A DNA stretch of 64,000 nt from the NCBI RefSeq assembly GCF_902652985.1, contig NC_047022.1, positions 19,592,001-19,656,000 on the forward strand. The letters run 5' to 3'. Numbering within the stretch: the stretch's first letter is position 1; every line of letters starts with the position of its first letter. The position numbers were made by a program, and so were the translations under genes. Source of the stretch: Pecten maximus. Its lineage: Eukaryota. Positions 56,201-64,000 of this stretch are shown here, piece by piece. The notes under the pieces are model-generated. The model saw only the letters and a program-made list of their open reading frames with translations. It made no database searches and had not been told where the DNA came from.

Positions 56201-58554
56201 AATGTTTATACAATGTATATTACTAGAGAGCACTACACCTGATATGTACACAGAGAAAAACCATAAACTATTGTTAATGAATTGTAAAATTCTTACTAAA
56301 AAAAAACAGACCATATTTCTCAAAAGCAAATCAATTATGCTAAATAATATACTGGTACACACATATATGTAAATTATATATATATCAACTATCCTGTGAA
56401 CTATATCGTATAATGTGCATGAAAAATGTAATGACATATAATACTACAAATATAAAATATATCAAGAGATATGCAATTCTTTATGCATGGATGTATATAC
56501 ATATATATATATAGAATGCCTAGAAAATTTGACAATTTACTTGTCTGTACTGTCATTATTATTACTACATGATATATATAGACAAATATTGAAAAAATTT
56601 GCAAAAAACTATTTTAGGTAAAGATTTTGTGCATTCAGCATTCATTAAACTTCTGAGTTTTGTCATTTGTCAAATTTTCTCAATATTTTCAAATGGGCAG
56701 TGATAAAGGTCGATTTTCAATGATATATGATGTGCATGTTAGAAGAAAAAAAATATAATCATATACATGTAGGGAGGGTGTGGGTTGATTGTCTATGGTG
56801 TCTAAATTAATATTAGTATGAATATATTATATCAGGAAAAACTCATCATCACTGCATTGGAAAACACTCATTACGAAGTTATTTCAGGAAAATAAAATCG
56901 ACATCTGCTTTTGCTTTTTTATTTTATGTAATTATATATCAAAGATAATTTTACTCAGCCTACTGTAAGATTAAACATTATAAAACCGCATCAAAATTCA
57001 TTGAAATCCTTTTGATATTACTGCGTTTTCAAATATCTATTATGATTTCTGTTTCAAATACACCTTTCCTACATTTTAAGGGGCTGTAATCAGTCGGATA
57101 AAGTGCCGGCAATTTAATTAACCTCAGGTAAAGATCTGAGGTACGTGGTTCGACGATCCCTACTTCTTGTTAGTTTGTGTTTCTCTGGAAGCTCAGAGAA
57201 ATGGTCCAGTCTGTGATATATATCACGGCTGTGTCCTTTGGCAAGACACTTTACCCTAATTGCTCTGGATAGCATTCGATGGACTTGTCAGACATCTTGT
57301 ATGTTGTTCAGTACTGATGTAGTCACCAACTACTACAAGGAGACCACGCCTCCAAAAGACCCTGACTAATCTCGGGGTGATAAACCCAGTAAACAAACAA
57401 ACAAACAAATCCTACATTTTATATACAAATACATGTATACCAATGTGTGCCACAACTGATTAAAACTTGTCATTAAACAGTTCCCATTTCAAAGAATGAT
57501 TGCTGTTAGATCAGATATAGTCAAAATATACTTCCCATTATTTCTTTTAAAGATTTTGAGGTAGAAATACAAGAAGTAAAGAATGTTTTCCGACTCTAAC
57601 CACAAAGACAGTAACCCAAGGATTTGAGTAATTTGTATTTGAAAAGTTGTAGACTTTTACTAGAAAAATATTAACTGAATACTTCACTTCAATAACTAAT
57701 GAACTCATTTTTTTATTTGAAGAAAAATACATGCAATAATTTTACAGAAAATGAAAAAGTATTTCTAGAACTGGTTCCCAATCTTTAAACAAAGAATGAA
57801 AATGATAGTTTTACTCTGTTTCCCTAACTGGTGCTATTTGACAAAATTATATTCATTTTGGCAAAATACTGATTTAAGGAAATAGCCATGATTTTTATCT
57901 GGAGTCAGCTCGTATATTTACCATTACATAACATAATATAAATTCAAAAGAGAATATTACTAAAATGCTTTCATATATACTTCAATCCAACGTGTTTAGC
58001 TGAATTTGCTCTCCTCAAAAAAAAAAAAAAAAAAATGGAAAATGTATATATAAGCCTGGTTTATAGCTATAATCTATTTCAATGATTTCTTCGTTCGTTT
58101 TATGTCTGTTGAGAGATTTTATGTGTCTGTTACGTAATATTGATTTTTCTCTCTCCAGCTTAATAGCCTTTCAACATACTGGCACATGCAGCATGCTTTC
58201 TTCATAGATATATATCTCCCAACAATAACGACAAAAGAAAAAATAATATCCAAAGCGAAATAATGTAACTCTTTGATGTTAAATATATTTTACAGACTAA
58301 ACTAACACAGTTGTTTAGGTAATCACATTCACTGTTATTATATATAGCCATGCTATTTCTGTCAACGTGCTCAAAATTCTCACCCTGTTCATTTTGCCTC
58401 TTTTCGGATCTGCCATGTCGTCTTCCTTTTTCGATGTCCGAGTGTCCTTGGCAAAGTCAAGAAGGTCAGGTCGCCCGACAGGCTGGACAGTGTCCGAATC
58501 TGGTCCAGAGGTCACTGTCCACTTCTTCAGTGTTGGCTCGCTATCGGATGTCTC
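5208..58554 (-). CDS. Multi-exon gene (5' partial): large disordered scaffold protein with a TNKS1BP1/KIAA1671 C-terminal-like (Tankyrase_bdg_C-like) motif, probably actin/capping-protein associated
   Basis: Chain of GT-AG exons with matching phases: 58384-58554, 53917-54018, 51917-52300, 50055-50102, 48954-49101, 48402-48541, 44702-45815, 43935-44171, 42943-43121, 40641-40938, 39873-40109, 38886-39064, 38294-38384, 37553-~37615, 5208-5251. Family assignment comes from remembered motif similarity only. Confidence 0.8.
5411..5790 (+). mobile_element. Degenerate Helentron-like element
   Basis: AAGAGTTGTCAGAAGACAAC start hairpin, AAGGTCA-rich core, GGACGCCGAC, decayed TATAGCT...AGCTATA 3' palindrome. 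Confidence 0.45.
9142..9316. repeat. Diverged direct repeat, ~70 bp, 105 bp spacing
   Basis: TAAATGCAGTAATTTTTATGATTGGTCAGAAAT... at 9142 and 9247. Confidence 0.8.
9357..9699. repeat. 57-bp minisatellite, 6 copies
   Basis: Unit GCTGACCAAGTGTTGTAGGTTTATAATATTATGGTATCTATATTAGTAGACATTCCA, near-identical copies. Confidence 0.95.
10050..11660. repeat. 29-30 bp satellite (~55 monomers) with higher-order structure
   Basis: Monomer CAAGCTTGGTGTACACTGAAACTTATTCA. The variant block CACTCAAACTTATTCTCAAACTTG recurs at 10221, 10634 and 11075. Confidence 0.95.
11990..12347 (-). mobile_element. Family 1 SINE copy (reverse, 5' truncated), interrupted by a MITE
   Basis: GGTCTCCTTGTAGTAGTTGGTG and GTGTCCTGCCAAAGGACA are reverse complements of motifs in the 26-314 and 57079 copies. 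Confidence 0.7.
12047..12188. mobile_element. 142-bp palindromic MITE nested in a SINE
   Basis: TIRs CAGTCTGATTAAAATGAGCTGTTGCA / TGCAACAGCAGATTTTAATCAGATTG (3 mismatches in 26), with further inner inverted match. Confidence 0.75.
13300..13580 (+). mobile_element. 3' part of a Helentron-like element
   Basis: TTTGACCCCTTTGGCCC core repeat similar to the 46070 element, TTCTGAGAAGAAG, GGACGCACGATGGATGAC microsatellite, decayed terminal palindrome. Confidence 0.5.
13595..13747. mobile_element. Foldback/MITE: near-perfect ~150-bp inverted repeat
   Basis: Arms TAAGGATTGAATAA.GTTATGTTGAGGTGTAT...AAACCTCAATAGGTCTTGAGACAAATT...TATGAACTG, ~70 bp each, loop ~5 nt. Confidence 0.85.
14326..14607 (-). 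mobile_element. SINE family 2 (V/Meta-type central motif) with internal 18-bp tandem amplification x4
   Basis: GGTTT tail, GGAGGAAAGCCGGAGGACCGGAGAAAAACCAC motif; homologous to 18695-18886; (GGCTAGTGATAAAGTGTC)x4 at ~14509-14580. Confidence 0.7.
16856..17043 (+). mobile_element. Short Helentron-like element
   Basis: (GGGAC)n microsatellite, 3' palindrome ATGCCCC...GGGGCAT followed by an A-run; related copy at 27763-27945. Confidence 0.65.
17207..17550. mobile_element. Interspersed repeat, inverted relative to the copies at 39350-39760 and 43410-43820
   Basis: Shares GTGAGACAGGGGAATC, GATGTTACATCAATGCAAG and GTAGCTTGTC blocks in reverse complement. Confidence 0.65.
18695..18886 (-). mobile_element. 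SINE family 2 copy
   Basis: TTTGGTTTGGTTT tail, TTAACAGCCAGG, GGTTTTGGAGGTGGAGGAAAATCGGAG, GGCTGGTGATAAAGTG. Confidence 0.7.
23956..24920. repeat. 41-bp satellite A (~23 copies)
   Basis: Unit CAAGGTGATATGAGGATAG[A/G]TGTC[A/C]AGGAGACACAAACAGC. Confidence 0.95.
24921..25708. repeat. 41-bp satellite B (~19 copies), related to satellite A
   Basis: Unit GTCAAATGAGGACAGGTGTCGGGGAGACATCAACAGTCAGA. Confidence 0.95.
27259..27434. repeat. 87-bp tandem duplication (2 copies)
   Basis: ATCAACTGTGGGTATCCAACCATGAG... at 27259 and 27346. Confidence 0.9.
27763..27945 (+). mobile_element. Short Helentron-like element (same family as 16856)
   Basis: ATGTCTGTA...ATAAAT, TTCCTGAGATTAGCT, GGGACGGGAC, CACGGGTAGCACTAGATGCCC. 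Confidence 0.55.
29920..31231. mobile_element. Non-autonomous Tc1/mariner-pogo (Tigger-like) DNA transposon, 1312 bp
   Basis: 23-bp TIR CAGTGCATTCC[G/A]CTTAATCGGGT (1 mismatch), TA TSD on both sides, subterminal ACCCGATTAA repeats, CpG-richer interior, no transposase ORF. Confidence 0.9.
31754..31923. mobile_element. 170-bp pogo/Tigger-like MITE
   Basis: TA-flanked TIRs CAGTGAACCCTGACTTTACTGAC / GTCGGTAAGGACAGGTTTCACTG. Confidence 0.8.
33070..34134. repeat. 27/29-bp minisatellite (~38 copies)
   Basis: AGACAAAATGATAAATATATACCCTCC with or without a trailing AT; otherwise invariant. Confidence 0.97.
37553..37615 (-). CDS. Penultimate exon: (K)PVLTEPEWKKRADEKRQRLI
   Basis: Strong donor A|GTAAGT (phase 1). 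Acceptor is ambiguous: CAG at 37616-18 is in phase with the upstream exon, while CAG at 37632-34 has the better pyrimidine tract but a different phase. Confidence 0.6.
38294..38384 (-). CDS. Exon J: LKAKSDSTDAGAASWKTEFALKKKTTPMPK
   Basis: Acceptor TTTTCTTCTACAG, phase 0; donor GTAGGT, phase 1. Confidence 0.75.
38886..39064 (-). CDS. Duplicated exon I': GGTRDQYVPSWLKTK...IPQWKKDLAERRKLRKENSVDTP
   Basis: 179 nt, phase 1 to 0, intact splice sites, protein-identical to 42943-43121. Confidence 0.8.
39646..39735. repeat. 90-bp hairpin within an interspersed foldback-type repeat (duplicate at 43708-43797)
   Basis: GTGAGACAGGGGAATCTCAACCC.CGGGGTAAGATT ... AATCTTACCCC..GGGTTGGGATTCCCCTGTCTCAC. Confidence 0.85.
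39873..40109 (-). CDS. Duplicated exon H': DLNFQENQSKTPGDGKPQWTDMSRLRKTP...RERTPVS
   Basis: 237 nt, phase 1 to 1, TAG acceptor, GTAAGT donor; one V/I difference from 43935-44171. Confidence 0.8.
40641..40938 (-). CDS. Chimeric exon created by the duplication: LK (exon J start) fused to VKTQLEFDD...EILNTK (3' end of exon G)
   Basis: 298 nt, phase 0 to 1, open frame; acceptor identical to exon J and donor identical to exon G. Confidence 0.8.
41255..42740 (+). mobile_element. Full-length non-autonomous Helentron-like element (HINE/pearl-like) with a ~155-bp internal tandem array (~8 copies)
   Basis: AACAAG start, GATCCC/GGGATC hairpin, subterminal GCCCACCA, 155-bp repeats, (GGAC)n, 3' palindrome AGCCCACCATC-TGAT-GATGGTGGGCT. 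Empty site visible at 38705-38720; no clear TSD. Confidence 0.9.
42943..43121 (-). CDS. Exon I
   Basis: 179 nt, phase 1 to 0, TACAG acceptor, GTACAC donor. Confidence 0.85.
43935..44171 (-). CDS. Exon H
   Basis: 237 nt, phase 1 to 1; TAGTAG (NAGNAG) acceptor, GTAAGT donor. Confidence 0.85.
44702..45815 (-). CDS. Exon G, 371 codons, with an array of FxxPxL[KR]x[VT] motifs
   Basis: 1114-nt non-repetitive open frame (ORF 44676..45812), AATAG acceptor phase 0, GTGAGA donor phase 1. Confidence 0.93.
46070..46926 (+). mobile_element. 5'-truncated Helentron-like element with a 157-bp tandem array (~5 copies)
   Basis: GGGTCAG repeats at 46084, 46241, 46398, 46555 and 46712; (GACG)n; palindrome AGCTCACC-GGACC-TTT-GGTCC-A-GGTGAGCT. 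Confidence 0.85.
48402..48541 (-). CDS. Exon F: (E)AKESSSKEINGFGDEEVFDKSGSPDPTSPPAKKSSHLMMPLPGLGQ
   Basis: 140 nt, phase 1 to 0, TTTTTCAG acceptor, GTGGGC donor. Confidence 0.85.
48954..49101 (-). CDS. Exon E: DTSHLDVNIGKQKTSLRKKGSLARRRKPTRTNVRNILSSSEDSHFQDTT (Tankyrase_bdg_C-like core)
   Basis: 148 nt, phase 0 to 1, CTGTAG acceptor, GTAGGT donor; not in the ORF track. Confidence 0.88.
50055..50102 (-). CDS. Exon D (48 nt): NGQLKREASLDFNDVG
   Basis: TTTTAG acceptor, GTAAAT donor, phase 0 to 0; completes the motif with exon E. Confidence 0.8.
50172..51445. repeat. 17-bp satellite (~70 diverged copies)
   Basis: Unit ACACAGGTGGTCACTTA and variants; ends ACACAGGTTTGA. Confidence 0.93.
51917..52300 (-). 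CDS. Exon C, acidic, 128 codons: ITDASFNAMAAQSKK...DMDDSTAE
   Basis: 384 nt, phase 0 to 0, GACAG acceptor, GTGAGA donor; ORF 51854..52276. Confidence 0.9.
53917..54018 (-). CDS. Exon B: TMERSFEDLLAGLEEDDLDPDLDDILTTGSLSPQ
   Basis: 102 nt, phase 0 to 0, ACCAG acceptor, GTTTGT donor. Confidence 0.82.
54161..54588. mobile_element. TTAA-flanked non-autonomous DNA transposon (Kolobok-like)
   Basis: TTAA|AGATGGGTCC ... GGAACCCATCT|TTAA; AG...CT termini. Confidence 0.65.
57079..57409 (+). mobile_element. Family 1 tRNA-derived SINE, full length
   Basis: GGTTCGACGATCCC B-box-like motif, TGTGTCCTTTGGCAAGACACTTTACCC, (AAAC)n tail, 12-bp TSD TCCTACATTTTA (57067-78, 57410-21). Confidence 0.88.
58384..58554 (-). 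CDS. Exon A (most 5' coding exon found): ETSDSEPTLKKWTVTSGPDS...DDMADPKRGKMNR
   Basis: 171 nt, phase 0 to 0, TAACAG acceptor, GTGAGA donor. Confidence 0.82.
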
Positions 58555-59221
58555 CTGTTAATATAAAGCCAAGGTAAGTAAACTAATAAGGTCATTTCAA
58601 GGTCATACCAATATTGATAAATATTCATGAATAATTTTTGAGTTATCTCCACAAGAAATAAACTGCTTATGAAAATTTATGGGTTTCAAAGCTATATATA
58701 ATTATTAGGACTTTTTCAAAATGGTCAGACAAAAAATATATGTTATTAAACTCTAGATCTATCAATGTGACCTAAATACGCTCATGCCTGGTAAATAACA
58801 CAATCCTTGTTTAATTATTATCTACCAGCTTGTTTTTATTTGACAGGCAATCACCATCAGTGTCTAGCCGACTTTACCATCAGAGAGGGCCAACGACAGT
58901 ATGTTTACATAATGTAAACTAAGATCTTGTGTATTCCATGGCAAGCTTGGATATTTTCAGCCAAATTCACTTCTATGAACTTTTTCTTGAAAATAGGTTG
59001 TATATTTAATTTGTAATTGTGGCAGCTGGATAACATGATTTATCCTGTAATGAGCACAGGGTGTCAACACACATTTTGACTCTGTGTATATTGATACGGA
59101 GGCTTTTAGCAGGATAGTTCAACATTTGTTAGTATCTTTACAGAATTATATTAAATGCAAACTTAATTTATTCTACAAAAATTGTGAAACAAGTCATAGC
59201 AAATTATATTGATCATGCTTA

Positions 59222-59390
59222 GTTGGCCCGGTGAGAGAGGCACAAGGGGTCTTACTATGGGAGGAAACCGGAGTACCCGGAAAACCAACATCACAGACCC
59301 CATACCTTTTCACGTCTGATTGGGGAAATGAGCCCCGACCGCCTATACAATATAGCTAGGTGAAAGGAAAGTGTGTCACATACGTGTCAC
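59222..59390 (-). mobile_element. SINE fragment (V/Meta-type motif); related copies at ~39173-39295 and ~43230-43355
   Basis: GGGAGGAAACCGGAGTACCCGGAAAACC and CCATACCTTTTCACGT...TGGGGAAATGA shared blocks. Confidence 0.65.
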
Positions 59391-60541
59391 CTGACAAACC
59401 CTGAATATATATATATATATTAACTGAAATGGATCCGGGCTTATTACCAGGCATGGGCTTATTGTTGGATAAATGATAAAGAGACTTGACTGTATATGTA
59501 ACATAAGTTAAACAACAATAACATAGAGTACTACTTTACCAGAACCATCTACAAGCACCATATACAAACAAAGCAGGTCACAAAGTTTAAGAGGTTCAAA
59601 CTTCAAATTAAAATATGTAAGACATTTATGTTAGCATCAACTTATCACATTTATGTTGGAGTTTTTTTAAACAGTCAATGGATTTTTTTTTGTGTGGTTA
59701 TAATTCAAGTGTAAATATTAGCATCGATTTTAGAGTACAATATATTGAGCTACATCCTCTAAAAACAGTCATCTATTCTTGTGCACCTTTCAAAGCGGTC
59801 ATCATTTTTTTTACGTACTTTTTTAAAAATAGATCATCAATTCTTGTGTATAAAGTACAAATTGGTCATCAATTCATGAATGAGTATCTTTCAAATGGAT
59901 AATTTTAGGTCAATAGGTCAATTAGTGCTTTCAAGAGGATCATTGATATATACCAATGCAAGTACGGTCTGCATTATCATTCACAAAAAAATGCTTTTGC
60001 TCTTGAATTCATTGAAACATATATCAGAATATGTCAGCATAGTTATTCCTTATCCAACAGATATCTGAGAACGCTATAAGTTTTTCACATAATTGATATG
60101 GCAGACTAAGCCTACACGGCAATATACATAAACAATTCACAGCTGCAGATATGAATCCATCAGTTCTGCGCAATAAAATGACAAAAAATGCAAGTGTCCA
60201 TTCGAATGAAATGTATCATATACGTTTTGTGTAGATATATACATCAACATGTCAACAAACAGCCTCTTATTCCAGTGAATATAATTACACACAATACAAT
60301 GTATCCACACCAAACTAGTAGTATAGTTTATGACTTTATGGAGCTAATTGATTTCACCAGTTATCAATTATATCATGTTGTTAATGACTTACAAAAATTA
60401 AACACTTGAAAATTTTATCTGAAATTAATTCTTAAAGACTATTTAAAGATTTCTGGAATCCAAGTGTCATATTAAGAAAGTCATTTGTTTGTTTGTTTTG
60501 TACTGTTCACTAAAATTATATGTGTTTGAACCTGACCAGAT

Positions 60542-60638
60542 ATGGCTGACTGAACCTCACAGCCAGTCATGGCTGATTGAACCTCACAGCCAGTCACGGC
60601 TGATTGAACTTCATGCACTGCCAATCATGGCTGATTGA
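60542..60638. repeat. 27-bp tandem repeat, ~3.5 copies
   Basis: ATGGCTGATTGAACCTCACAGCCAGTC. Confidence 0.8.
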
Positions 60639-61430
60639 CTAACATATATTTATTCACACCAGTATATAAAATATATTATATTAAATATAAGTACCATAAC
60701 TATGTCAGAAAACAATTTTACATTTTCTACAAATGGTCACAAAGTCCGACAACTAATTGTATAAATGCCAAACACTAAGACATGGCCACACTAATCTAAC
60801 AATGACCTAGACTATGTTTGGAAATATCACCATAAACAAGACAACATCAAATCTATCATCTTGTCTATTTTTAGCCTCAAGATAATCATTTTTGTAATGA
60901 CAGATATACTCCCATAGTATGACAAATATAAGGAACATCAATTGCAAATGAGCTTCTATTATAGACATTCAGTTTTGAACAAGTGATGCATCCTATCATT
61001 GTGACATTTACTACATTTAAGCTCTGATTATAAGCTATTGATTGCATCCTTGGGATGTTTATCATATCTAAGATTAACATTATAAGCTAGCGTAGTGATC
61101 ACATCCTTGGGACGCTTACAACATTAAATTCTTTATTATGTATTATGAACAAGTGATCGCATCCCTGGGATATTTACCACATTTAAGCTTTTATTATACT
61201 TGGGACATTTACTACATTTCAGTCTTATAAAATCTGTCAAATCTACATTGAATGCATGTGGCATAATGATGTGATATATATTTATTTATGTACAAACTGG
61301 GGTGCTCCAAATGCTCTATACATCAAATCATAATATGAAATGCTGACACCAGACCTCCCAGTAAATTCTGTTTCTGGAGATAAGGGCCAGCACCTGGAGA
61401 AATCCACCAACAGAACTTTTATCAAAATAG

Positions 61431-61645
61431 AGGGGCACAGCAAGAGAAGACCTGGCAAAATACTCTCTCTTCTGGGTCCCACTTACAGAGCCTGAAGGGT
61501 TGATCAGTGGGACAAATGGGACTCCGACAGGGGCACAGCAAGAGAAGACCTGGCAAATTAACTCTCTCTTCTGGGTCCCACTTACAGAGCCTGAAGGGGT
61601 TTAGACAGATCAGTGGGACAAATGGGACTCTGACAGGGGCACAGC
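61431..61645. repeat. ~100-bp GC-richer tandem repeat, 2+ copies
   Basis: AGGGGCACAGC at 61431, 61529 and 61636. Confidence 0.85.
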
Positions 61646-63266
61646 CAAATGGACAAGGACTCGATTCCTCTAAGGCCCAGATCACTGCCTGGGATCAGGG
61701 GTTGAGACTGAGAAGGCCTTGTTTTAGAAGAGTGAATGTGGAAGGAAATTTTGGGGCATACTGTAAACTGTAAATTTTTGGTATTTGGCTTTAATAACAA
61801 ATTCTATCAACTGGGAGTTGGACTCAAAATGCATCCCAAAGAGCCGCCAGAAAAAAACATGGCAGCAGTGTTATTATTTTTAAAATTCATCTTTTCAATG
61901 TTGTCATATAGGCCCTCCTGGTAATAGATGCCTGTTTGACAAGTCTGAAGATACAAACAATATAGTACAATATTCTTCTCCGAGACATCAAACATTTGAC
62001 AGAAATATACACTTGACCCTTAATGAACAATGAAATAGTACAGAATGTTGTAAATTAGACTTAATATAATAGTCCAGATATTCCCTGTCTACCAGAATGA
62101 CATCAATAATTATAAACACAAACTACTTCAATACTTGTTATTATCTATAGGATTACCTACACACTTAATATATTTCTATATATATATATGTCCTTTTACT
62201 GGCCATGCTAAATATAGTAAGTGGCCTTGACCTTAAACCGTCAAGTTCATTCACTTGAACAAACTAAAATGGTAGCAATTAATTTACTACAGCATGCATG
62301 CTACTGGCCCAATATCAGGTTCATAGGCTCCTGGTTATTGAGAAGTTGTTTAAAGATTTTAGCATATTTGACCCCTGTAACATTGAATATAGGTCAAAGT
62401 CATCCATTTGAACAAACTAATGGTAGCCCTTCATTAGCAACATGCCAGTACAGGCTCAATAGCAGGTCTCTTCATTGGCCTCTTGAATCTTAAGAAGTCA
62501 TTTGAATGAATTAAGGTTGACATGGATGAACAATGGATTACAGAGCCGCCTCACAGCTTAAGATCTTTTCTAAAAACTCTGAAACTCGACCTTGTCCGAA
62601 ATATTACTGTCCTTCATCATTGTGTGAAGTTTGATCAAAATCCCTCATGGAATGAAGCTTCCTCAGGCTAATCTAAGGATGATAATATATATAGTCACAC
62701 ATCCACTATCATACAATACCTCAGACTTTCCTCAAAACATAAGCCATGGATAATGGTCAGGAGACCAGAGTTGTCCCACAACAACAGATAAATCAGGTGA
62801 AGGATGAGTCACAATGCATCTCTATTTACTTGTCAACCTGTCCAGACCTATCACCACGGTAACACTCCATCACCCAATCAGGCATGGCAACAGATAATTA
62901 GACTGCATGGTGGTGACCTTACCTGTGATTATTGGGTGTTAAACAATACACAGGTGTACATATCACTGTACTGTCATAGGCACTTAGGACCTGACATCAT
63001 GTATATCACAGCCTTGTGATTATGTGTTGTTGCAGTTAGGGCTTAATATCTAGTATATCGTGACCATTCATCTCAATAGTGTGGGTCATACTTTCTGTTC
63101 TTTTATCTATTTCAAGAAAGCACCACTTTAAGAAATGAAAGCAACATCAATTTATATTACATGCAAGATCATAATTCATTGTTGTGATATCATGGTAAAC
63201 CAGACTGATTAATCCAAATGTTTTTTGTTTACCTAGCCACCAAGCCCCTTGAAACTTAATTCTTGG

Positions 63267-63366
63267 AGAAGAAGAAGAAGAAGAAGAAGAAGAAGAAGAA
63301 GGAGGAGGAGGAGGAGGAGGAGGAGGAGGAGGAGGAGGAGCCAATACATACTATGTCATATGACGT

Positions 63367-63397
<31 letters not shown>

Positions 63398-63458
63398 AGG
63401 AGGAGGAGGAGGAGGAGGAGGAGGAGGAGCCAATACATACTATGTCATATGACGTTAA
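63267..63458. repeat. Duplicated compound microsatellite (GAA)n(GGA)n plus a 30-bp unique tail, 2 copies
   Basis: Each purine tract is followed by GCCAATACATACTATGTCATATGACGTTAA. Confidence 0.95.
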
Positions 63459-63559
63459 CCGACTTACTCTTATTACTCCTGATTAACAGACAATTCATAA
63501 TGCTGCTTGCATACATATCTTCATAACTACACCATCACAGCAAACATGGAAGACAATTA

Positions 63560-64000
63560 CCGTAAATATTCGCGTATAGTGCGCACTTTTTTTCAAAAAT
63601 TGACAAGTGAAAAAGACCACTGCGCACTATACGCAAGTACAAGCCTTTTCCCAGTCAGAATGAATGTGATTTGACTGAGATTTGTGATCGTTTCCTTTCA
63701 CAGCAGGATTGATTTAATACTTATATATATATATATTACATATATAAAGCATTTAGAAAGTAATAGTTAACAAATAATCAAAGAAATGAATAGTTATTTT
63801 GATGTTTAATTCCTTGAAATTGTGTATTTATCAGCAATTACGTGGATTTATCTAAGTCGATCGTGAGCCACACGTTCCGTACACATACGATCTCACTTGA
63901 GCATGTTCCCGTATTCAAGTCCAAAACGATGTATAACATCTCAACTAACATCAAACAAAACTTGAAATGATATAGCAGTACTTAGTTATTTCATACATCT
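63560..64000. mobile_element. Probable left end of a TA-flanked Tc1/pogo-like element running off the window
   Basis: TA|CCGTAAATATTCGCGTATAGTGCGCAC with inverted TGCGCACTATACG ~50 bp downstream; partner TIR not visible. Confidence 0.45.

Noticed and set aside
62923-63040. Strong minus-strand donor CAG|GTAAGG as an upstream exon of the gene
   Set aside because: In-frame stop just upstream; could only be a non-coding exon and cannot be supported without transcripts.
63147-63526. Poly-R/K/E/P ORFs
   Set aside because: Trinucleotide microsatellite translations.

Overview
AT-rich, repeat-dense animal genomic DNA, most likely a bivalve mollusc (inferred from the SINE and Helentron-like repeat families). 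There are no prokaryotic features. One large multi-exon gene runs on the minus strand across nearly the whole window: at least 15 coding exons from 58554 to a probable stop at 5208-5210, with the 5' end outside the window or unresolved, a ~32 kb last intron and a probable ~4.7 kb 3' UTR. It encodes a >1100 aa acidic, disordered protein. The protein has a TNKS1BP1/KIAA1671 C-terminal-like motif (LDFNDVGDTSHLD...RRRKPTR...FQDTTE), about ten FxxPxL[KR]x[VT] repeats and several P-x-W-basic motifs, so it is probably an actin/capping-protein scaffold. The most notable structure is an intragenic tandem duplication (38378-40933 / 40932-44994). Both breakpoints fall inside coding exons and are joined at a 2-bp microhomology. 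This creates an in-frame chimeric exon and an extra 238-aa cassette that could be skipped. One copy also carries a 1.5 kb tandem-repeat-bearing Helentron-like element, and the other copy shows the empty site. The introns hold SINEs, TIR MITEs (pogo/Tc1-like, Kolobok-like, foldbacks), many Helentron-like elements all in one orientation, and several satellites. Most ORFs in the supplied track are spurious. All exon calls were made by eye from splice signals and phase consistency, with no transcript data.
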